Shown here in pieces: positions 25,457-31,003 of a stretch of DNA of 31,003 bases. Origin of the DNA: an uncultured archaeon. GTDB taxonomy: Archaea; Asgardarchaeota; Thorarchaeia; Thorarchaeales; Thorarchaeaceae. Below the pieces are notes generated by a model. That model was not told the DNA's origin and ran no database searches. It saw nothing but the letters and a program-made list of their open reading frames with translations. The first letter of the stretch is position 1; each line of letters begins with the position of its first letter. The position numbers and the translations under genes are program-made. The stretch is taken from contig CAZYLT010000023.1 in assembly GCA_964648855.1 (NCBI GenBank), positions 1 to 31,003 on the forward strand, written 5' to 3'.

Positions 25457-27379
25457 TCATGGCGGGCTTTTTGTCTTGAGAGTGAGTCTAAATGCATTAG
25501 CAATAACCACCATTGTTAGACCCATATCTCCCAGCGCTATTGCAAGCCAGAGGCTCATTAAGCCCAATATGGAAAGAAATCCCAAAACTGCCTTTACGCC
25601 AATTGAGAGACCGACATTATTCCGAACAATACTCATGGTCTGCTTCGCTCTTTGCAGGAGTAATGGAACCTTAGTAAGATCCGTATCCATGAGAGCAATA
25701 TCAGCCGTTTCGATAGCGGCATCACTGGATATCGCGCCCATAGCTATGCCCACATCTGCACTGGCTAAAGCAGGCGCATCATTGACACCATCACCGACCA
25801 TGATCACTCTGCCACTTCTTCTGATTTCCTCAATTGCTTCAACTTTCTCATTTGGTAGCATATTTGCTCTATATTCATCTGCTCCTACCTCAGCTGAAAT
25901 GTTTTGAGCAACTTCATGGTTATCTCCCGTCAATACTACCGTCTTGATGCCCTTTTCTTTGAGCTGGGCGATTGCCGCCTTTGCACTGGGACGCAAGATA
26001 TCTTTGAGGACCAGTGTACCGATATGTTCCTTCTCTTGGGACACGTACACTAGGGTGCCATGCCCACATGAATGCTCCTTCTCAGCAGAGAGTGCGACAC
26101 CTTCGTCCTCCATGAGTTCTCTACTGCCTACAGCGTAGTTTGATTCCTTGTATGTTCCTACTATGCCTTTTCCTGGCACAGAGGAAAAAGTGTCCGTAGG
26201 TGGTGCATCTACTTGACTGCTATCTGCTTCCTTCATTATTGCCTTTGCAATTGGATGCTCTGAGTACTGTTCAAGCGATGATGCTACTCTCAAGACATGG
26301 GCCCTATTGTTTTGATTATGGACACACACGTTACTGACGCTTAGCTTGCCTTCTGTAAGTGTTCCAGTTTTGTCGAACACTACTGTTTTTGCTAGGCTTG
26401 TAGTTTCTATATACTCACCACCTTTAACCAGAATTCCTTCACGAGCTGATCCTGCTATTGTTGATACCATGCTGACTGGAATCGATAGGGCAAAAGCACA
26501 TGGGCATGAAATCACAAGTAGGGTCAGTGCCCTATATACGGCTGCGACTATCCCAAATCCGAGTAGAAATGTTCCCACTCCCAATAAGAAAGAAGCCATA
26601 ACAACAACAGGAGTATAATAATGCGAAAAACGCGAAACGAACCTCTCTGTTTTTGCCTTCTTTTCTCGTGCCTGTTTCACAGTTTCGACAATCTTTGCCA
26701 ATAGTGTATTCTTTGATTCCTTGGTAACTCGTATTTCCAAATAGCCTTCTTGATTTAGGGTGCCTGCGTATGCCTCATCTCCAACCATTTTTCTGACAGG
26801 TCTAGATTCGCCAGTAATTGATGCTTGATTTACATGTGATTCTCCCTTTACGACCACCCCATCCATTCCAATTCTATCGCCTGGTCTGATGATGATTTTT
26901 TCTCCTATTTCTACAGCATCTGGAGACTTGAACTTCTCTCTTCCATCCTCCTTAACTGTCACTGAAGGGGGCTCTAGTTCCATTAGACTCTGTATTTCTG
27001 TTCTAGCCCTATCCCCAGCTTTCTCTTCTAGGATTTCAGCAAGATAAAACAGAAACATTACTGCTGCACCCTCTGCTGGTTCCCCAATAAGCACTGCCCC
27101 AATCGCTGCAACAGTCATGAGGAAGGTTATGCCGAGATGAACCCTGATGATGCTCCTAATACCATTGGGAATAATCCATCTACCTGCAGATAATATTGAA
27201 ACTAAAAATAGGACCAGAGGCAGATATTCTATTGATGTGAAAAAATCCGCCAGGAGACCACCAATGAGTGATATGCCCGAAATTAATGCTAAGGCATATT
27301 TGACTCTGAAGTCTATTTCTTCCCGTTGGGCTCTTTCCGCTTCACAGTGCTGACAAGCGGTTTCACTGATCTCTAACAT
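25457..27379 (-). CDS. Heavy-metal-translocating P1B-type ATPase (Zn/Cd/Pb type)
   Basis: TGES, SCPCA, DKTGT, SEHPIA, TGDN, GDGVNDAP and a C-terminal GDMG; short N-terminal CQHC. ATG 27379 follows ggagag and overlaps the arsR stop region. Confidence 0.94.
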   Translation of the reverse strand: MLEISETACQHCEAERAQREEIDFRVKYALALISGISLIGGLLADFFTSIEYLPLVLFLVSILSAGRWIIPNGIRSIIRVHLGITFLMTVAAIGAVLIGEPAEGAAVMFLFYLAEILEEKAGDRARTEIQSLMELEPPSVTVKEDGREKFKSPDAVEIGEKIIIRPGDRIGMDGVVVKGESHVNQASITGESRPVRKMVGDEAYAGTLNQEGYLEIRVTKESKNTLLAKIVETVKQAREKKAKTERFVSRFSHYYTPVVVMASFLLGVGTFLLGFGIVAAVYRALTLLVISCPCAFALSIPVSMVSTIAGSAREGILVKGGEYIETTSLAKTVVFDKTGTLTEGKLSVSNVCVHNQNNRAHVLRVASSLEQYSEHPIAKAIMKEADSSQVDAPPTDTFSSVPGKGIVGTYKESNYAVGSRELMEDEGVALSAEKEHSCGHGTLVYVSQEKEHIGTLVLKDILRPSAKAAIAQLKEKGIKTVVLTGDNHEVAQNISAEVGADEYRANMLPNEKVEAIEEIRRSGRVIMVGDGVNDAPALASADVGIAMGAISSDAAIETADIALMDTDLTKVPLLLQRAKQTMSIVRNNVGLSIGVKAVLGFLSILGLMSLWLAIALGDMGLTMVVIANAFRLTLKTKSPP

Positions 27380-27665
27380 GTATGGTTGCTCTCCTGAGTA
27401 TAGCATGAATACACTCATCTGTGATTCTATAGATTGACCTTCGACCTATTTTCGTTGCTCCCACAAATCCTCTATCTTTTAGTTTGCTCAGTTGATGACT
27501 AACACTGCTAATACTAAGGTTCACCTTCTCAGCTATCTCGCTCACGGAAATACTCGCATCTTGAGTTAGAATCTCTATGATCCGCAGTCGCGATGGGTCT
27601 GATAACGTTTGAAACACCTTCGAAAGCTCTTCTATATCTGATTCAGTTAGGTTAATGGGTTCCAT
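27363..27665 (-). CDS. ArsR/SmtB family metalloregulator
   Basis: FQTLSDPSRLRII and SSVSHQLSKLK; alpha5-like DECIH...H; ATG 27665 behind ggagg. Confidence 0.92.
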   Translation of the reverse strand: MEPINLTESDIEELSKVFQTLSDPSRLRIIEILTQDASISVSEIAEKVNLSISSVSHQLSKLKDRGFVGATKIGRRSIYRITDECIHAILRRATIHVRDQ

Positions 27666-27694
27666 GACTTTCCTCCTCTCCTGTGTTATATATG

Positions 27695-27720
27695 AATAAT
27701 TGAGCACATATTCAAATAAT
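27695..27720. promoter_or_regulatory. Imperfect 12-2-12 inverted repeat, probable ArsR/SmtB operator
   Basis: Minus strand ATTATTTGAATA-TG-TGCTCAATTATT, with core TGAA-N6-CTCA, 30 bp upstream of the arsR start. Confidence 0.65.
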
Positions 27721-28019
27721 TTAGCCGTGATAAATATTCCTGTCCAGCATGCGAAGAAGGCGTCATACCAAGCCAATACGCGAGAAGATAGCAGACTTTT
27801 GGGGATTTCATCTCTAGCACTTCTGCCAAGGAATATCAAGTAATTCGTGACAAGTTATGAAGCCCAGTGATTTGGCTTTAGGCTGAAGAAGCGCATAGAT
27901 GAACATGTTAGGTTACAATAGTCTATTCATTTGCTGGAATTCATGATTGGGAAATGTTAATACCAATTGCTCGTTTGAAAACAGAAGTCATCCTGCAAAG
28001 ATATCTGTGAGTGGATTAC

Positions 28020-28556
28020 ATGGCTGAAGAAGCAACAGAAAGGAACGAACCTACATCGCGTCGAAAACCTGCTATTGTGAATCCTGAGTTCAAATATCAG
28101 GTGTTGCGCGAACCGGGTGGTGACAACCTAAGGCTGTGTTTCCAGTGCGGTACGTGTACTGCGGGGTGTATTATCACAGAGTATAGTGATGAATACAAAG
28201 GTCCTCGAAAAATCATACGAATGGCTCAGCTCGGCTTGGTTGAAGACCTTTTCTCCAGCCCCCAGCTATGGGCCTGTGGCAATTGTCATGAATGCACGGA
28301 GGTGTGCCCACAAGGAGTCAGTCCTGCCAATATATTAAACGCGATTCGACGCTTAGCTGCAAGAGAAGGGCATATTCCTGCCGCCTATAGGCAAATTGTT
28401 GAGGCAGTTCTTGAAGATGGCTGGCTTCTGGAAAATTCTTACTCAGATTTTGTTGAAGATGACCGGGATGATTTGGGTCTCGAAAAAGAGTTGAATTGGA
28501 ACAAAAAATTCGTAGAGCGTGTTAAGAAGAAGTTTTTCCCCGAGGGAGAAGAATAA
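28020..28556 (+). CDS. hdrC: Second heterodisulfide reductase subunit C (mosaic)
   Basis: CFQCGTCTAGC and WACGNCHECTEVCP. The C-terminal part is nearly identical to hdrC at 7506, while the N-terminal part is divergent. Confidence 0.88.
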   Translation: MAEEATERNEPTSRRKPAIVNPEFKYQVLREPGGDNLRLCFQCGTCTAGCIITEYSDEYKGPRKIIRMAQLGLVEDLFSSPQLWACGNCHECTEVCPQGVSPANILNAIRRLAAREGHIPAAYRQIVEAVLEDGWLLENSYSDFVEDDRDDLGLEKELNWNKKFVERVKKKFFPEGEE

Positions 28557-28694
28557 TGAATGAAATTTTGCTCTATCGTGAGTGTACGACGCCAGTTCGA
28601 CTTCCAAATCACGATGCCGCTCCTATCGCAGTTTTCAAGAAACTCGGTGTCAACGCGCGTCCAATGGAGCACGCTAATTGTTGTGGGGCGCAGT
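28321..28694 (+). repeat. Copy 2 of the hdrC-hdrB junction repeat
   Basis: Offset 20550 bp from copy 1; similarity drops sharply on both sides. Confidence 0.92.
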
Positions 28695-28879
28695 GCGAGG
28701 GAAACCAAGCAATGCCTCAGAAGTACGGTGAAGAATTCGCCATTCCAGTATTGCACTACCCACAACTACTCGGACTTGCCTTAGGTTTTCCACCAATGGA
28801 GCTCGGACTGGACAGTCTGAAGGTTAGACCCACATCTCTCTTGAAGAAACTGAAGAGAAGGGAAGAAGAGGGCGTTTAG
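28556..28879 (+). pseudogene. hdrB: hdrB remnant with a large in-frame internal deletion
   Basis: The first 46 codons match hdrB at 8006 up to NCCGAQ, with GC changed to EC. The sequence then jumps to an HdrB C-terminus (IPVLHYPQLLGLALG). 107 aa vs 290 aa. Confidence 0.85.
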
Positions 28880-28891
28880 GAGGCTTAGACT

Positions 28892-29413
28892 ATGTGGAAT
28901 TACTACGCGGTGTGGAGAGTCTTGGAGGAATTGCTTGGCGATCTAAAGGAAAGAGATGTGGAGATTCCTGCAGACTTTTTGACGAAACTGAAAGCTGCCC
29001 ATGGGAATATCAACATCCTGAAAGCCGACCCCACCTATGAAGACACCATGAAGAAGGTAGAGGAGCAGTTGAACAACCTAGAGGGACAACTAGTTTATCT
29101 TGCTGAAAATAGAGTGGGTCCAGAATATGCGGACAAGTGGATCGCCAGAATCAGACAGGCCAGAGAGTCTGAGCCTGAGGTATCACGGGCAAAACCGTTC
29201 TCTCCTGGGGTTCCACGAGCAGACTACTGGATTCGCCTTACGATAGGAGAGGTAATCAGACTGGAGGAGATAAAGGAAATGGCCTCGGACTTGGGCCTCT
29301 CAATCAAAGCGGAAGACACTGATACAGTCATAGTCCACGGTAAAGAGGCAAAGGTAAAGAGGTTGGTCAAGAACATGACTGCGAAGATGAGAGAAGAGAG
29401 AAACAGAGCCTAG
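28892..29413 (+). CDS. Conserved archaeal hypothetical protein (DUF2096-like)
   Basis: Clean ORF with ggagg RBS. WRVLEELLGDL...VEIP and F.PGVPR motifs recalled from DUF2096 proteins. Confidence 0.65.
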   Translation: MWNYYAVWRVLEELLGDLKERDVEIPADFLTKLKAAHGNINILKADPTYEDTMKKVEEQLNNLEGQLVYLAENRVGPEYADKWIARIRQARESEPEVSRAKPFSPGVPRADYWIRLTIGEVIRLEEIKEMASDLGLSIKAEDTDTVIVHGKEAKVKRLVKNMTAKMREERNRA

Positions 29414-29430
29414 GCTCTGTTATACTTGTT

Positions 29431-29922
29431 CTATTTATCTGCCTCTGAGGCTTCAGCTGCCAATATTCGTGCGGCTGTTGCAGATATTCGAGACTTCCGT
29501 GCTTTAATCTCACGGCTCTGCAATGAGAGAGCCTCTACTGGACAGAAATCTATACATTTTGGCTCGCCCTCACAAAGGTCGCAGACGATAGCTATTCTGT
29601 CAGGGCCCACTGTGATTGCTCCAAAATCGCAAGCTTCAACGCACCAACCACATCCATTGCACTTGTCTTCATCTATGATGATATGACCATCTTTCTCACT
29701 CTGTTGCAGAGCATCTCTCGGGCAAGCAATGACACACGGGGCGTCTTCGCACATTATGCAAGCTATCGCCAGATTACCGCTCGGATAGACACGAACCGCC
29801 CTAATCCGAGACCTGATGGGATTGAAGACCCCGTCTTTCTCAAGGGTACATGCATATTCACAGACAGTACAACCGGTGCAAAGGTCTGGGTCGCAACTCA
29901 CAAACTTGTGTACTTTCGCCAT
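29431..29922 (-). CDS. 4x[4Fe-4S] ferredoxin-like subunit (AOR partner, DmsB/HydN-like)
   Basis: CTGCTVCEYAC, CIMCEDAPCVIACP, CNGCGWCVEAC and CDLC...CIDFCP; ATG 29922 behind ggaggt. Confidence 0.92.
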   Translation of the reverse strand: MAKVHKFVSCDPDLCTGCTVCEYACTLEKDGVFNPIRSRIRAVRVYPSGNLAIACIMCEDAPCVIACPRDALQQSEKDGHIIIDEDKCNGCGWCVEACDFGAITVGPDRIAIVCDLCEGEPKCIDFCPVEALSLQSREIKARKSRISATAARILAAEASEADK

Positions 29923-29935
29923 TCTGTTACCTCCA

Positions 29936-31003
29936 TCAATCCCTATTCGTCTTCTTAGTGGTCTTTTTCTTCCCACTCTTCTTCTTGGAATCTGTCTTCT
30001 TCAAGTCCTTAAGGTACCCAGCATAACTCTCGAGTCCTAACTCCTTGAGCTTGGCGTCCGATGGGATTCCCTCTTTTGACCACCCTCGTGTTTCATAATA
30101 GTCATCAAGAAGAAGGTCTAGTTCCTCCTGAGTGACTAGGGAACCCTTCGCAATTCCCGACTTGATGGGTTCAGTCATACATCGGATGGGCAATGTGTCC
30201 CTTTCACGACCAATGCCCTCGCGGAGATTGTAGATCTTGGCCAAGTTGCTGATTCTCTCACCGCAGCGTCGCATCTCCTCTGCAGTCATTGGAATGCCGG
30301 TGGCCAGAGTGTACATCTTGGCATAACTCTCGTAGTCCCATATCCCTCTGGAGAACTTGCAAATGATGAGGGAGTCGATGACGCTGTAGAGGTCCTCTCC
30401 ATCTATGACAAGTTGACCCCTTCCTTTCTCAGCCTTAAAACGGTCAACCTGACCTTTCAAATCGGGCCCGTAGGCACCATGTCGTTGATGGTCGGCACCT
30501 CTGCGTGACACAGCATAGCCTAGAGCACAGGTCTTGAGGCCCCGCACATCATAACCGGTCATTTCCACACCTTTGATATGCATAGCGAACTTCTCTGAAC
30601 CTTTTCCTAGCTTAGCAGCTGCACGTTCCACACCTTCAGCCAAGAGACCTCCTATATCTTCTCTGAGGGCAATCTTCTCTATCATGTCACACATACCCTC
30701 GGCGTTACCGAACTCGAGCTCTATACCACCTGTGTCCTTCTTGGTGATGATTCCCTTCTCGTATGCTTCCATAGCAAATGCGACCACAACACCTGTTGAT
30801 AGAGCATCTGTACCGTATAAGTCACACAGCTGTACAGCCCGAACGATGGCATCGGGTCTGTCAACACCTGTACACGAACCAAAAGCATAGGTTGGCTCAT
30901 ATTCGACACGACCAATTGCACCTTTGAATGGGCCTTCTCTTACCACTCCAACATGCTCGCAGCGCATTCCACAGCTATCGCAGCCCTGTATTTTCTCAAC
31001 ATG
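29936..31003 (-). CDS. aor: Tungsten aldehyde:ferredoxin oxidoreductase family protein, C-terminal part (5' end outside the window)
   Basis: Frame is open to the window edge (HVEKIQGCDSCGMRC); VEYE, CDLYGTDALSTG, RGADH, DSLIICKF and YYETRGW. Confidence 0.92.
   Translation of the reverse strand, partial: HVEKIQGCDSCGMRCEHVGVVREGPFKGAIGRVEYEPTYAFGSCTGVDRPDAIVRAVQLCDLYGTDALSTGVVVAFAMEAYEKGIITKKDTGGIELEFGNAEGMCDMIEKIALREDIGGLLAEGVERAAAKLGKGSEKFAMHIKGVEMTGYDVRGLKTCALGYAVSRRGADHQRHGAYGPDLKGQVDRFKAEKGRGQLVIDGEDLYSVIDSLIICKFSRGIWDYESYAKMYTLATGIPMTAEEMRRCGERISNLAKIYNLREGIGRERDTLPIRCMTEPIKSGIAKGSLVTQEELDLLLDDYYETRGWSKEGIPSDAKLKELGLESYAGYLKDLKKTDSKKKSGKKKTTKKTNRD

Noticed and set aside
25476-27353. Plus-strand ORFs opposite the P-type ATPase, and the similar antisense ORFs over hdr, eutA, the kinase and aor
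   Set aside because: Shadow frames of well-supported genes, with no motifs or RBS.
27666-27839. Long N-terminal extensions in the ORF track (arsR here; also 7227-7307, 13131-13217, 27380-27418 and 29923-29976)
   Set aside because: They overlap promoters or neighbouring genes; downstream starts with better RBS or domain boundaries exist.
1-31003. tRNA (including tRNA-Sec), rRNA, CRISPR arrays, transposases and integrases
   Set aside because: None recognised by eye in the intergenic regions or ORFs; a tRNAscan/Infernal run would be needed to exclude them fully.

Overview
Archaeal chromosomal window, most likely from an Asgard archaeon (Thor-/Lokiarchaeia-like). This assignment is inferred from gene content and eukaryote-type SECIS elements, not from a marker gene. 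The left end carries a decayed mvhD relic and a group 3c hydrogenase (mvhG/vhuG, then a large subunit that stops before its C-terminal Ni-binding motif). The missing motif lies in an unannotated ~50-codon gene (vhuU, 2580-2741) with an in-frame UGA at the Ni-ligand position (RCYDC-U-LSCGAH). Directly behind it are one good and one degenerate eukaryote-like AUGA/GA SECIS hairpin, so this is a [NiFeSe] hydrogenase that uses selenocysteine recoding. Next come a single-OB SSB with a candidate pseudoknotted 5' leader, a stand-alone BRCT protein, a ZIP pseudogene, a CBS+HPF-like ribosome hibernation factor and a SagB-type nitroreductase. These are followed by an hdrC-hdrB-hdrA'-hdrA''-mvhD operon with two complementary HdrA paralogues, and a PAS-PAS kinase-like protein lacking the phosphoacceptor His but fused to a CxxC thioredoxin domain. 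The middle and right contain trmO, a GNAT, an orphan eutA, a nitroreductase, a serine racemase-like enzyme, dinB, sfsA, an ABC exporter, and an ArsR plus P1B-ATPase pair with operator. The window ends with a second, chimeric hdrC / internally deleted hdrB locus (88% identical 374-bp tract), a DUF2096-like gene, a ferredoxin and a truncated aldehyde:ferredoxin oxidoreductase. No tRNA, rRNA, CRISPR array or transposase was seen.
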